NCBI RefSeq assembly: GCF_009914755.1
Contig: NC_060935.1
Length of the DNA stretch: 64,000 bases
Direction: 5' to 3' (one strand)
From: the human T2T-CHM13v2.0 reference genome, Homo sapiens
Part shown: in pieces, positions 32,765 through 48,760 of the stretch
Position numbering within the stretch: the stretch's first letter is position 1
Layout: every line of letters begins with the position of its first letter
The notes under the pieces: model-generated
What the model saw: only the letters and a program-made list of their open reading frames with translations
The model's database searches: none
Told to the model about the DNA's origin: nothing
Made by a program: the position numbers and the translations under genes

Positions 32765-34498
32765 CCTGGTATCTTTATTGCATTTTTCATTTGTTGTACT
32801 CTGCAGCTATGGAACTTTTTTTATTTCAATCTATTAAATTTCTCATTTTGTTTTCCTGATTTCATTGAATTGTTCCTCTGTATTTCCTTGGTTTGCTGAG
32901 CTTCCTTAAAATGATTACTTTGAATTCTTTGTTATGTAGTTTGTTGCTCTCCATTTCTCTGGCATTAGCTACTGGGAAATTATTGTGTTCTTTTGATATT
33001 GATGTTTTCTTGGCTTTTCATGTTTCTTTTTACCTTACGTTGATGTTTGAGCATTTGGTGCAGCAGTCACCTCTTCCAGACTTTTAAGACTGGTTTTGTT
33101 AAGGAAAGACTTCCCCTGTGAGAGGGGGATGTGAGGGCACTGGCTGGGTGAGGTGCAGTGATTCTGGCAGCTGTGAGGATGCAACAGTGTAGTCTCCTTG
33201 TAGCTCTTTCAGCTGAGATCACTGTTGAAAACTGCAGGGATCCTCAGCAACCAACACTGTCAGTGTTTGCAGCAGTGGTAAGGGCTGTTGGGGTGCTTGG
33301 TGATGATGACTGTAGGGTCCTCTTGATCTCTCTTTCCCCGACCAGGGAAGTTGTGGCTAAAGGGATCCTTCTTGACACTGGGTCTGGCATGCAAGCCCAC
33401 TTGAGGTGGCAATGGAACTGGTGTCTGATGAGTGATGCCCACAGAGCAGCATGTGTAAAGGGACTATAGCTCTGGGGTGGTAATGGCACTGGTGCCCAGG
33501 GCACAGACACCCTGCTGGTGAAGTATGGGAGCTTGTGAAACAGGCAGGGACAAGAGCACAAGTGTGCACACAGCTACAGCGGCTTTAGTGTGGAGGCAAG
33601 GCCTGGCCCTCTGTGATGACTGAGCTGGTCTCCAGGGTGTAAACACATAGAGAAACCTTGGCTCTGGGGCCCAGGGTGTAAACTCCCTTACTATGGCAGT
33701 GGCTTTACTGTTTGCGGTATAGGTGTGCACAGCCCAGCCTTGGAGTCAGGGCCTGGAGCATGGGCTCTCAATGGCAGCTGAGCTGGTGTTTGGAGTGTGG
33801 ACATGCAGAGAGATCTTGGCTCTGGAGTGCAAACTAGCTTGCTATGGCCATGGCTGTTGGTTACCTTTGTGGCAAAAGAAGGTGGTATCCTCTGCAGAGC
33901 AGGCCACATGACTGATATCGATAGTGCCTGCCTTTCTTCTTAGCCATCTTCTGGTGTCTCAGGAATTCTGATCTCATAAGCAATTTTTTATGTGCATTTT
34001 TTCTTTTAATTCTCCACTAGGTTGTTGCACATTTTTTAATGGGCCCTTGAGGCTGGGTGCAGTAGCTCATGCCTGTAATTCTAGCAGTTTGGGAGGCTGA
34101 GGCAGTAGGATCGCTTGAGCTCAAGAGTTTGAGACCAGCATAGGCAACATAGTGAGGCCCTGTTTCTACTCAGAAACAAAAATAAAAAACAACCAAAAAC
34201 TTAGTCAAGCATGGTGGCACCTGAGTCCCAGCTATTTGGGGAGTCTGAGGTGGGAGGATCACTTCAGCCCAGGAGTTTGAGGCTGCAGTGTGCTATGATC
34301 ACACCACTGCACTCCAGCATAGGCGACACAGTGAGAGATCCTGCCATTCATTAATTCATACAAACATATATACATATATTAAGACAATTGCCCTTGAGCC
34401 CTCCAGGGCTATTTTGGTTTGTGGATAGCAGTGTGTATTTGTTTCTTTTGACGGGGCATGAAGGCTGTTATCTCCTCCACCATTTTGGTGACATCACT
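32765..34498 (-). mobile_element. Ancient L1M-type 5' region, same family as 530-2113; interrupted by an AluJ
   Basis: Collinear similarity to 530-2113; ends ccattttggtgacatcact. Confidence 0.7.
34050..34343 (+). mobile_element. AluJ
   Basis: ggatcgcttgagctcaagag and gaggctgcagtg J-type positions. Confidence 0.9.
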
Positions 34499-34809
34499 TG
34501 CCAAAATTTCCATATACTTCTGATTTGTGCATTTTTTGGTGGGTATAATGTAATTTTAAAAAAGTGATTAGCTGAAAGTTAGGAGGGCCTTTTTACCCCC
34601 AGAACAGACATCATGTTTATTACATCCACTCTCATACCTATGGACTAAAAGCAAGACACATACCCACACCTAAAGTTGTTGGGGGGGTAAACTGTGGCCA
34701 TTGTGAAGCCATAGCAAAGTGAGGAGGGAGGCAGAAATATCCAAAGAGGGTACTTTTTTTTTCCCCCTTGGGTATCAGAAAATTGGCTTTGTCGGGATTA
34801 ATAAGACTT

Positions 34810-35358
<549 letters not shown>

Positions 35359-35412
35359 TCATTTTACCTTGGTTGTCTTATAACAAATATTTAAATCCAT
35401 TCTCAGATATAA

Positions 35413-35817
<405 letters not shown>

Positions 35818-35899
35818 TAGATTTTCTACCATTAGTATACCAAATTTTAAAATTCTGTCCAGCCGAATAAAGCAGCAGCTGCAAATAAAAATCCTTTGA

Positions 35900-36370
35900 G
35901 TAGTGGTTCTCAAATTTTGGTGCACATCAGAATCACATGGTAGAGTCATTAAAATAGATTGCTGGCCAGGTGCAGTGGGTGAGTCCTGTAATCCCAGCAC
36001 TCTGGGAGGCCAAGGCAGGAGGATTGCTTGACGCTGTAAGTTTGAGACTAGCCTGGGCAACATGGCAAGACCCCGTCTCTACAAAAATGTTTTAAAAATA
36101 GCTGGGTGTGGTGGTGCATGCCTGTAGTCCTAGCTACTTAGGAGGCTGAGGCTGGAGGATAGCTTGAACTGAGCCAAGGGGTTCAAAGTTAGTTATAGTG
36201 AGCTATGATTGTGCCACTGCACTCCAGCCTCGGTGACAGAGCAAGACCCTGTCTCTAAAAACACAATCAGATCGCTGAGCTCTACCCCAGAATTTCCAAC
36301 TCAACATGGTTGGGGCCAAAGAATTTGCATTTTCTAACACGTTCCCAGGTGGTGCTGCTGCTCCTTACCC
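35900..36370. mobile_element. MER5A-like element split by an AluJ (35964-36260, +)
   Basis: agtggttctcaaa...catcagaatcac and gaatttgcattttctaac...ttcccaggtg halves flank the Alu. Confidence 0.8.
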
Positions 36371-36456
36371 AGACAACCCCACTTGCAATCTGCCCTTTTG
36401 AGTGTTTTCTATTTATCTTGAGTTTAATGAAATGAAGCAAAATCACACACTTAAAA

Positions 36457-38991
36457 CTTTTAGAAGGAGAACAATTTTATTCTAAAAATAGAACTTGGTA
36501 ACAATGAAATACCAAAAGCTGGTCATTATAATAAAAAGAAAAGAAGAGTTTAACTTTTTTTTTGTGAAAATACAAAATTATCACTATAATATACTGCCAA
36601 CTCTGTTTATCTGTATTTGAATTATTCCTTTCATGGATTATTCAAGGAAATTTTAAAATTGGCTTCTGCCTAGTACTTATACATCTGGATTGTTTGTTTT
36701 GATCTTCAGATAAATACATTCTCAAGGAATGCAAGCAAAACTGAGCATTTTTTTTATGCTTAAGAAATATGGTCCAAAGCAAAATATTTTTTTGCATAAC
36801 CATTTCCCTCAATTTTTATAGATAACAACAACAAAAAAACCTACATTCAAAGTACGGGTATTTGAAAGTAACAAATTATACTACTTACATACAGAGAAAA
36901 AGACATAACTAAACTACTTCAAACCCAATGCAGAGGAAACTTTCAAGGCAAATGATGACTTAGTACTTAAAAAGTGGTTTTTCTATCTTCAAAGTGCTAA
37001 AGAAACAAGTATTCAAAAAGAAACTTCAGGTCGGTCTACGAAGTTCTGACTGACTTGAAGTAGTGAAATACCAAGAATGCAGTGGACAAATTTAAAAGGC
37101 CTTCATTAGAATAAAGTATATCTTAACTACATTTTGCAAAGAAATGAAGCAATGGTTGCACAACCAGTCAGGGCCAAGTTAGTAACATACAACTCAGCCA
37201 TCAGCCCACCTCTCCTTCAAACTAAACTAATCTAAATGTATTTTTCAGAAAATTTCCTCCATACTCCATGTATGTGTTACATACATCCAATCATATCCAT
37301 ATTTTGGATCATTTTTTTCTATATTCATCAGATTATTGGTTAAAATGCACAGCAAGTAGAAATGATCCATTTCAAAATTCTTAATATCTAGCGTTCTCTG
37401 TAAAACAAAAGCTGACAACAGTTTTATTGTACTCCTATTAAATGTAGGTGCATGTTCATTAGGACATCTGAGCTATTTTTAGGACCTTCAGAAACTGGTG
37501 TGATTCACTTTGGCCCTCTGAGATAGAAATGCCATCTTAGTATTTACTGTGACTACATACCTCTTTTGTTAAAACTTGACCCTGAGTTTTGAGTGCTGGA
37601 ATATAAACTGTAAAATGGAAAACACTCCAAAATACATTAGCTAATATTGGTGTCTCTACAATACTGTGCTTTTTCTCTCCATTAACATAATGCATCTGAG
37701 AGTACTTCTCCTTCAGCATGGAGTAAGAGGAGGGATTTGAGGGAATATCCAAATCAGGAAGGAGGAAATGTCCTCTCTAAAAATTCCTCTCAAAACTTTC
37801 TAAGAATTTATTCTAAAATATTTTGGTGTTTGTTTTAGTATAAAAATGTCATTTCCCCAAATCTGAGTAATATCGACAGTGCATGAAAGAAAATATAGCA
37901 TTTTCATCCTGCAGGTTTAGTTGCCTGGGGGAAGTCCCACAATCCCTGGCTTAATAAACACAGCATTACGCTATAGTTTTGACTCTATAGAATTCTAAAT
38001 GTTCTTTTGAAAATCATACAAGCGGTTCTTTTTCTTAAAGTTAGGTGTGTTTACACTCAATTAAAAATTTCTAGATATTGAAAGCAGCTCTACAGTTCTT
38101 AAAATATTCACAAAATATAAAATTAAAATTAAATGAACTAAAGTAACTTCCAGTGGTGACAATATTCTCACAGTAGCAAATAATCTAACTTCTAGGAGGT
38201 TTTTTCCCTATAATGCCAGGATTATTTAATACTGACAACTAAGTCTTTAAAACATTATTATGTTAAACACTGCAGTTTACCTAAATTACACAGAGAACAA
38301 AAATTACATCAACATTGAAAGCTCAAAAGAAGTTAATAAAAATATGTGCTCCTTAATGCTCCAATGGATCCCTAACAGGGCTAAGCAAAGCTATTATTTT
38401 GGGTTTTATTTGAAAATTTTCTTTTTCTTGGAGTATTTTGTTTCTAGACCAACTACTACAGTTTAAAGCACAAAAAATGTTGATGTTTTTCTTAAATTAT
38501 GCTTCAGATCTAGTTTGATTGTATAATTTCTGTGTGGCATTAGTAATTAAGATATATCCAGCTCTGAAAAGCACTGAAGTTCTTTATGTGAGCTACAAAA
38601 GATACCCAAAATCCTGAGTGCTGTGACAAACTTCTTATTTGTATGCCCAGATGGCATTCTGTCTTTCAGTGATGACGTCTTTCAATTACTGGTCATATGT
38701 GACCAATGCCCCCACCCCAGCCAAAAAAAAAAAGATAGGACTTGTTTGTCTTACTATGAACTTGCTAAAACCATTGTATGAACGGTCTATAAGATCCAGA
38801 TGTTTATTTCAAAACCCAAACCCTTGTTACCTTGAAGAATCTTTACATATTTACGTAATACACTGTACATTATATGCATGGCCTGTTTATACTATTTTCA
38901 AAAAGAGAATATTGTTTTAAACTATTAATAAACCAAAATTAATTGATAGGGCAGCATCAATCTGTATTCCATCCTTGGTCCATGGATTTCC
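36457..38991 (-). other. TMEM123: TMEM123 3'UTR (~2.5 kb, AT-rich, no recognisable repeats)
   Basis: Unique AT-rich sequence between the stop codon and the distal AATAAA; 3' end approximate. Confidence 0.8.
36476..36481 (-). terminator. TMEM123 distal polyadenylation signal
   Basis: AATAAA on minus, followed by a GU-rich element (taagtgtgtgattttg). Confidence 0.8.
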
Positions 38992-39016
38992 TTAAATGAT
39001 GGCATCATGTTCATCT
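38992..39016 (-). CDS. TMEM123: TMEM123 terminal coding exon (exon 5)
   Basis: On minus: ttacag|A GAT GAA CAT GAT GCC ATC ATT TAA, completing ...YRTIDEHDAII*. Confidence 0.96.
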
Positions 39017-39287
39017 CTGTAATATATTAAAAGTTACAATTACTTTGTTTTGTTTTTTCTGTCAAAACTACTTATGTTCCTATTTGTTAGTAAAGTAGGA
39101 TTAGAACAATTTCAAGCTGCACAATCAAAATGGTCAGTGTTCTGTGTAAAGTTCCTTAAGTATCCAATATACTGTAGTGGTTAAAGATCTGGGGGTTAAT
39201 GGCATGGGGATCCACCATCTTGTCTTGCTGCAATCATAGACACAGACATAGCTTCTATTTGTAAGTCCCTATTAAATATTTCTTTCT

Positions 39288-39557
39288 AGCTGGTCACAGT
39301 GGCTCATGCTTATAATCCCAGAACTCTAGGAGGTCAGAAAGGAGGATCACTTGAGCCCAGGAGTTTGAGACCAGCCTGGGCAAAACAGTGAGACTACCAT
39401 CTCTATAAAACATTTAAAAATTAGCCTGGTGTGGCATTGCATGCTTGTAGTCCCAGCTACTCAGCAGGCTGAGGTAAGAGGATCACTTAAGCTCAGGAGG
39501 CTGAGGTTGCAGTGACCCGTGATCGCACCACTGCACTCCAACCTGGGTGACAGAGCC
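39288..39557 (+). mobile_element. AluJ, tail missing
   Basis: Dimer ends at gacagagc. Confidence 0.9.
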
Positions 39558-39811
39558 ACTGCAAAGCACTCTGTTTAGTCATGGTTTCTTTTATGTATTC
39601 TTTCATGTATTGACCTTAAAAAAGAATGTTTCTGAATATGCCTTTAATCTGACAAACCACCACCTTAATATTCTTTTAAAATCAGTTTGAGCCTACAGCC
39701 ATGCCACTGTGAATGTGTCTGATCTCATGTGATCATGGAAGCTAAAGTGAGTTTGATATGATAAATATATGCAACGTAACTTTAAATATAACTTTTAAAA
39801 ATATGTTTTTA

Positions 39812-40140
<329 letters not shown>

Positions 40141-40705
40141 TTAGTAATATAACTGTTAGATCCAATTTTCATTTATGATGCGATGTTTATTTAGAGCTTA
40201 TGTCAGTAACCTGAAAATCTGGGAAACTTCCATGTTCTTAAAATCTATCAAGAAGTTTGATTTACTTTTATGTGTACTGAATCATATGTAGTGTCAAAAC
40301 TGGAAGATTCCAATGGCCTATTCCAACATTTCCCAAAATGTGTTCCACACAATACTAGTTCCAAGAGATAGACAGTGTTAGCTCCCATTGAAGAGGGGCA
40401 GGGGGAGGGATTTATTCATTCAACAAGTATTTTGGTTAAAAATTTGGGAAACAGTTCATACTGTATTCCATCCTGGAAAATCATAATGTATATCAATATT
40501 TTAAAGGCTTAGAGAAGTCTTATAGTAAACTGTCTTAGTTTACTTTAGTCAACTGAACATTTCCCACACTTTTTGATATAGGAACTGTGTGTGTGGGACA
40601 CATGTATGTCAAATGTTAACCCACAGGGCAAATTTTGGAAAACAGTCATCTGTTCTATGGTATTTATATACATTAACACTAAAAAAAGTGAATTAGCTCT
40701 TACAT

Positions 40706-41014
40706 TTGTGTCACCCAATATGAGTATGTTGAAACCCTAATCCCAGTGTGATGATATTTTGAAGTGGGGCCTTGGGAAGGTAGTTAGGTCGTGAGGGTGG
40801 AACCCTCGTGAACAGAATTAATACCCTTACAATTAGAGGTCAGAGAACTAGCTCGCCTTCTTTCTGCCATGTGAAGAAGGCCCTTACTAGAACTCAACCA
40901 TGGTGGCACCCTGATCTTGGACTTCCAAGCCTCCGGAAGTGTGAGAACTAAATGTCTGCTGTTTAAGGCACCCAGCTGTATGATACTTTGTTGTGTCAGC
41001 ATGAACTAAGACAA
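40706..41014 (+). mobile_element. MaLR solo LTR (MLT1A/MST-like)
   Basis: gttgaaaccctaatcccagtgtgatg...ctgatcttggacttcc...actaagaca. Confidence 0.8.
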
Positions 41015-41662
41015 CACGTAAGACTCAAAAAAACAAAAACAAAAAGGACTATTGGAGCAACAAAAGTTTGGATATATCCTCAAACCATCAGACCTATAGA
41101 GCTACATGTAGAGTAAACATGGATTAGGTCTTGTTGATAATGCACATCTAAAAAGAGAGTTTTGCTACAGGTAAAATGATAAATTATATTATTTATACTA
41201 ACCACTCATTTAAATTTTCAGGGATAATGAGGCTGTCAGAGGAATTTTTTTTGTCTTTGTCGTGGAAAACAAAAGCCATGGTTTTACCAAGGATGCTATT
41301 TAGTACCACAACAGACACAGACATACTAAGTCAAAAGCCTGCTGGGAACTGGTATTTCTTACGATTATTGGTATGAGTAAGTGAAAATTTCAGGGTAGGT
41401 TAACTTTGGTCTCCTGTAAAGTGTGTTTGACACTAGTAAAATACATTTTTTTAAGTATATACATCCATTTTCATTTGCAAATAATTATAATCACAAGCTT
41501 GTACATAAACAATTTACTTTGGGCCAAAAGGGTTAATGGGAATATAACTCATAAATCTATCAATTATTCATCCCTGAGATGAGCACTGGCTTGATATTCT
41601 ATCATAATTAAAGATGTGCACCAACAATTTTTTTTAAAAAGTCCTGGCCATTCAAAACTTAC

Positions 41663-41816
41663 ATGGTTCGATACCGAATGCCTCTTCTTGAGTAATACAT
41701 TTTGCATCCAATGTAAAGAATAGATAAAACTCCCAGCGTTAATACAATACCACCAACAAAGCTCCCAGTATCAAATTTTGATCCTTTCTTTGCTTCAGAA
41801 TGCATAGTTGTTGTGA
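41663..41816 (-). CDS. TMEM123: TMEM123 exon encoding the transmembrane helix and start of the tail (exon 4)
   Basis: On minus: ctag|TC...ACCAT|gtaagt; 154 nt; TTTMHSEAKKGSKFDTGSFVGGIVLTLGVLSILYIGCKMYYSRRGIRYRT; FDxxSFxGGI motif of the CD164/porimin family. Confidence 0.97.
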
Positions 41817-42039
41817 CTAGAACAAAAGAAAACAAAAAAGGGCTTTAGCGTTATTTTTTTTTTTTTAACATTGTAATTAAAGCTCTCTGATTTTCTGTGT
41901 TAAGAACATTTAATTAGGAATTAAGGGAAATCTAGGCATATAAAGTTTCTATATTATTTTTGCCAGACAGAATAATGACTTAAATGTGGCATTTAACTAC
42001 TTGCAGCATAGGAAAAAAAAGGTCAGCTTTAATACATAC

Positions 42040-42330
42040 TTGTTACTGATGAAGCAGCAGATGTCACTGAACTATTGTGGGTTACGGTCATTGTGGATGT
42101 TGATATCTGAGATGTGTTCTGTGAAACACTTGTTGTTTTGGGTGTAGACTTTAAGGTGGTAGAAGTCATATTTGTTGAGACCATCCCTGGTGTTGTTGTA
42201 TTAGATGCCGCTGTAGGTTTCATGGTGGTGACCGTTGTATTACTGGAGTCTGAGGCAACTGAAGTTGGTGGTTTCACAGTACTGTTGGAAGTTTCATTTG
42301 TATGGTCAGAAGGCACATGTTGGAGAGTCT
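42040..42330 (-). CDS. TMEM123: TMEM123 (porimin) exon encoding the Ser/Thr-rich mucin-like ectodomain (exon 3)
   Basis: On minus: ttgcag|AG...ACAA|gtatgt; 291 nt; ETLQHVPSDHTNETSNSTVKPPTSVASDSSNTTVTT...SSVT. Confidence 0.97.
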
Positions 42331-43138
42331 CTGCAATAATATCAAGAAACATTAAAACCAGAGCTATGATTTAGGGAATAAGATCCCATTTCACTGAGAC
42401 TTTCATGGTCACAGACAAAGCAAGAGATCTTACAAATACAGCAGCATTTAACATACTTAGCCCATTAATACTTTGCACTATACTGCAATAAAATGTCTCA
42501 AACTAGTAAAAGACTCAACAGAAACCAAGTCTAAATTTATATAAAGTTAGAAATTTTGGGGAAGATATGAAGAAAAAAAAAAACAACCCAGAAGACAGAG
42601 TTCCCTCAGTGCAGGGACATGTCTTAATCATCTCTGTCTGAACATCTCAACGTATTTCATATCACATAATAGGCTTTCAACAAATATCTGTTGAATGGAT
42701 GGATAAACTAATGAATATAAAAATGGTTTTTAAATTTCCAGTTCTCTGCTATACCTTCCAAGGGGCTTTGAGGACAATAAATCAGTAGCTGCATGTTTCT
42801 AACCCTCCTGGTAGAATGGGAAGTCCAAGTGAGTTATTTTTTGTAAAAGTAAAGCCAACTTCCCACTATGCATTAGGAAGTGAGATACCATCACAGAATG
42901 TGGCTAGCTGTCATACTGGTAATAATAATTTCCCATAGTTGGAAGGACAGTTCTAAAACTATCTGTGAAAGTTTTACAAGTCCAAAAGCCAATTTTGTAT
43001 GAAAAGAAAAATTAGTGATTTAAAATACACAACTCAAACAATACCTTTGCTCATACCTGCAACTGAGTTTTTCTTTTTTGGGGGGTATAATGTAAACAGA
43101 AACATATAGGTACAGATCTTGTTAATGCTCCTTAACTT

Positions 43139-43433
43139 CTTTTTTGTTTTTTGAGATGGAGTTTCACTCTGTCACCCAGGCTGAAGTGCAGTGTCAAGAT
43201 CTCGGCTCAATGCAACCTCCGCCTCCTGGGTCCAAGTGATTCTCCTGCCTTGACCTCCTGAGTAGCTGGGATTACAGGTGCCTGCTACCATGCTGGCTAA
43301 TTTTTGTATTTTTAGTAGAGACAAGGTTTTACCATGTTGGCCAGGCTGGTCTTGAACTCCTGACTTCAAGTGATCTGCTCGCCTCAGCTTCCCCAAGTGC
43401 TGGGATCACAGGCATGAGCCACCGTGCCCGGCC
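43139..43433 (-). mobile_element. Alu (S-type)
   Basis: Antisense dimer. Confidence 0.95.
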
Positions 43434-43741
43434 AATACTCCTTAAAATAAACTTCGATTACTTTTGTTTTCATCCAGCAAAGGTTTCCTTCTTTTTGCAT
43501 AAAATATGGCCTATAACCAGAAGCAAACCTTTCTGTGTTAATTTTATTTCATACTGCATCTTCTTTTTAACACGACAATTTAACTAACGTTTACAACTAT
43601 AGGTACCTATTAGGATACAATGTCTAGGGAATGAAAGCTTTTAATATGTCTTTGTCCATTTAATATGATGTAATATATTTCTGTATTCATTTCCTGTCTC
43701 ATAGTTTATTTTCAGGTTTTTTGGTTTCCTATGTTGCCTAC

Positions 43742-44188
43742 TGCTATGGTTTGGATTTGGTTTGTTTGTCCCTATCAAAACTCATATTGAAATTTGATCT
43801 CCAATGTGGCGGTCTTGGGAGGTGGGGCCTAGTGGGAGTTGTCTGGATCATGGGGGCAGATCCCTCATAAATGGCTTGATGCCCTTCACGTGGTAGTGAG
43901 TGAGTTCTCATTCTGGCAAAACTGGATCAGTTCCTGTGGAAATGAGTTCCCATGAAAGGGGGTTGTTATAAAGCCAGGATGCTCCTCGGGTTTTCTATCT
44001 TTGCAGTTACCCACTTCCCCTTTGACCTTCTCGGCCATGTTGTGGCACAGCTTTATAAAAGCCCTCCCCAGAAACCAGGGCTTGCAGAACTTTCCCAGCC
44101 TGCAGAACCTTGAGCTAAATAAACATTTTCTTTATCAATTACCTAGTCTCAGGTATTCCTTTATAGCAACACAAAATGTACTAAGACA
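43742..44188 (+). mobile_element. MST-type MaLR solo LTR
   Basis: tgctatggtttgga...ctcaggtattcctttatagcaacacaaaatgtactaagaca. Confidence 0.85.
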
Positions 44189-44386
44189 CCTTTATACTCC
44201 CATTTTATTATATATGTCCACATACTTAAGGTACACAGAATTAACCACTGGACCTGCTTTCTCCTTTCCCCCAGTGAGAGCAGTACCAATGCCTTAGGTT
44301 CCTTGCCCCGCCACTGTTGTCAAGTACCAAAAGTGATACTTCATATATTATCCTATCTTCCACAACTATTTTGGCCTTATTCTTGA

Positions 44387-45475
<1,089 letters not shown>

Positions 45476-46717
45476 TGATCTATTTTCTTAATAAGGCCAA
45501 AGGAATTAACGCTTTTATACTACATAGGCAAATAAATAATAAATATCCAAGTAGGTAATACAAATGCACTAAGTTCAAATGAACTTGAACTAATCTTTTC
45601 TTATTCAAGTCTGAATGTTCTATAGAGATATAAGTAATAGAATTTAACATTAAAATAATCACCTTTTATTTAAAAATGCTGAATGGATTCTATTGCAATG
45701 AAATTAAATACAGCAAAGAACCAACGTTTATATCCTATCTTTAGAATAGAATGATCCCGCAGAATAAAACAATGAACACAATGCTGCTTTCGGATTCAAC
45801 ACACACACACACCCCTCCCCCTGCCCTCTGGTATAATAAAACATTCTTCAAAGATACTGTACAAAGTCACATGGGCCAAAATAGGAAGCTATAATAGGTT
45901 AGTTCTCCGCTAAGTCAATCCAAATGTGCTAAAGAAACAAAAAATTTTGTCAATTTCTATGTCAATTTCTTTGTCGATTTCTATGAATTGACAAAACAGG
46001 CAAAAGGAAATTTTGCATTAAACTGTGTTTCCTGATGCTTTTAAGCATAAATGAAATGCAAGGATGCTCTCCAAATTCACATTGGATGACCCAATCTTCT
46101 TCTGTAATAAGTAAATAGTCACTTGTTTTCCTCTGCAAATGATACCATCCCAACTCTGGTCTTCTTCCCTCTCCCTTAACTGTTGAAATGCTGACTGGCA
46201 CCTCTAGGAGTGGCACAGTTAACACCTGCAAAGAGATGCAGAATGGACCATCCCTGTGGGACTTGCAAGGGGTGAAGCTTTATCTAAGTCTGCCCATCTT
46301 AGCCACTCAGTCTCCTCCAGCCTCCGATAAGCTAAGGTTGAAGAATCTGAGGCGCATATGTTGCTGGAGGGTGTCAGTGTGCAGGGTGTCCACTCCCTCC
46401 TCTGTCTATGGGGGTAAAGAGGAGAATGCCATCCTCCACCTTACACCAGCCTGGGAAGGCTTCTAGGGCACTACCTGAAGAGCTGGACAAGCATCTACTG
46501 GACTTGGATGGACACAGACAGTAGGATTTGATTCAAGCCTTAACAAACATGAGACACTGTGACTGAGCTCTATCTACCCATCAGCTAAGTTTAAAAGGCT
46601 GCACTGGGAGTAGACCACACCTCCACTAACAGCAAAGGTTCTTGTTTCCCATGGACCAAATCAAACTCCATGGAAGATAACTGACATGAGATTGCCTTAA
46701 AAAAGATAGCTTCCTGG

Positions 46718-47129
<412 letters not shown>

Positions 47130-47568
47130 TTAGCAGGAGGATCTCCCAGGAACCTACCAATGAGAACCACACATCTGCCATCCAGAGGGCACCTGTGCCA
47201 AATGAAAACATCCCAGCCATCAACCAAACAGCTTTTGTCCCTTAAGCCTCTCTAGGCCTGATTCCATAAGGGTGGCAAACAGCAGAAGTGAGGAGAAGAG
47301 GTGGAACAAGGAAGTCAACAACATTAGCTTTGCCACTGCAAGGCTTCTAAGCCCGAAGTAGGCCTGGGCTGGCAGAAGGGACAAGTTTCAATTTTGAATC
47401 ACTGTAGAGTTTTATTATTTTGGTATTATTCTGGACAGGAGCTGCACCCTACTAAATAGAACTTATTCAGTGAATTGGACATTCTATCTATAACACCTCA
47501 GCTAGTGCAGTTGGGAGGGTAGAGCCACCAGGGGAAGGCTGTGTGTGACATACAGTTGTCCATGCTCA

Positions 47569-48030
47569 GTGTTAAGGGTTGAATTGTTCCCCTCTCCACC
47601 CTGCCCAAATTCATACTTTGAAGTCCTAACTCACAGTACTTCAGAATGTGACCTTATTTGGAGAGAGAATCTTTACAAAGGTCATTAAGTCATTAGGTTA
47701 GGCTTATTTATCCATTATGGTTGGTGACCTTATTAAAAGTGAAAAGTTGGAGACAGACACACAAACACACACAAAGAACACCCTGTGAAGATGAAGACAG
47801 AGATCATGGTGATGTCTCTACAAGCCAGGGAATGCCATGGATTGCCACAAACCGCCAGAAGCCAGAGGAGAGGCATGGAACAGATTCTCTCAAAGCCCCC
47901 AGAAGGAAGCAACCCTGTAAACACCTTCACCTCTGACTCCAGCCTCCCGAACTGTGAGACAATCAATTTCTGTTGTTTAAGCCACCCAGTTTCTGGTACT
48001 TTGTTTCTGCAGCCCAAGCAAATTAATACA
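47569..48030 (+). mobile_element. MLT1-type MaLR solo LTR
   Basis: gggttgaattgttcccc...cagaatgtgaccttatttgga...tttctgttgtttaagccaccc...taataca. Confidence 0.85.
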
Positions 48031-48539
48031 CTCAGCTTCAAAGGTTTTTTCATTTATAAAAAATATGTCTCTGTGCAACGGTACAACTGGCACTAGTGAT
48101 TCTATTGAGCTGGTTCCTTTTGCAGATCTTTGAAACTAGTCACCATGATATGAAGTAAGTCCATAAATACTTGTCAAACCACTCACAAAACTTGTTTTAA
48201 TGAAAGTTGAGATTATCTATAGATGTCAATCAGAGATATAAGAACTTCTCTATTTAACTCCTGGTTTCAACTAACATAATTACAGGAAAAATGAAGCAAA
48301 GGGCTGTAATAACACCATCCATGCACCTTCCTTCCCAGCAGCTGCAGTGTTCAGCCCACAGTGAAAGACGACAAAGAATGCACACGTGGCTATGAGTGAT
48401 GTCTGGCACTGCTGTAAAAAATATATTCCAACAGCCCAATCAGTTCTTCATTCCTGTTTGGTGGTAAAATTATTACTCCTAATTTTTCTGTGATTAGAAT
48501 TAGAGCTTCCATTTGCTGGCTCTTCTTTTTACCAAGCCT

Positions 48540-48760
48540 GGTAATGTTACCTAGGCATGGTGAGTATAAGCTCAAGCTCTGGATCAGCTCAGCAATTTAC
48601 TTGCTTGGGTACCTTAGGCAAGTTACTTAATCTCTCTGAGATTCACTACCCTTTCTGGTCTATAAATCAGGGCTATCACAAGAGTCTGGGAGAATTCACT
48701 GATATAATCTGTGTTAAGTACTTCCCACAGTCCCTGAGAAGTGCTCAATTAATTCTTTAT
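48540..48760 (+). mobile_element. MIR remnant
   Basis: ccttaggcaagttacttaatctctctgag. Confidence 0.65.

Noticed and set aside
42114-42374. Val-rich hydrophobic ORF on +
   Set aside because: Reverse complement of Thr/Ser codons in the TMEM123 mucin exon.
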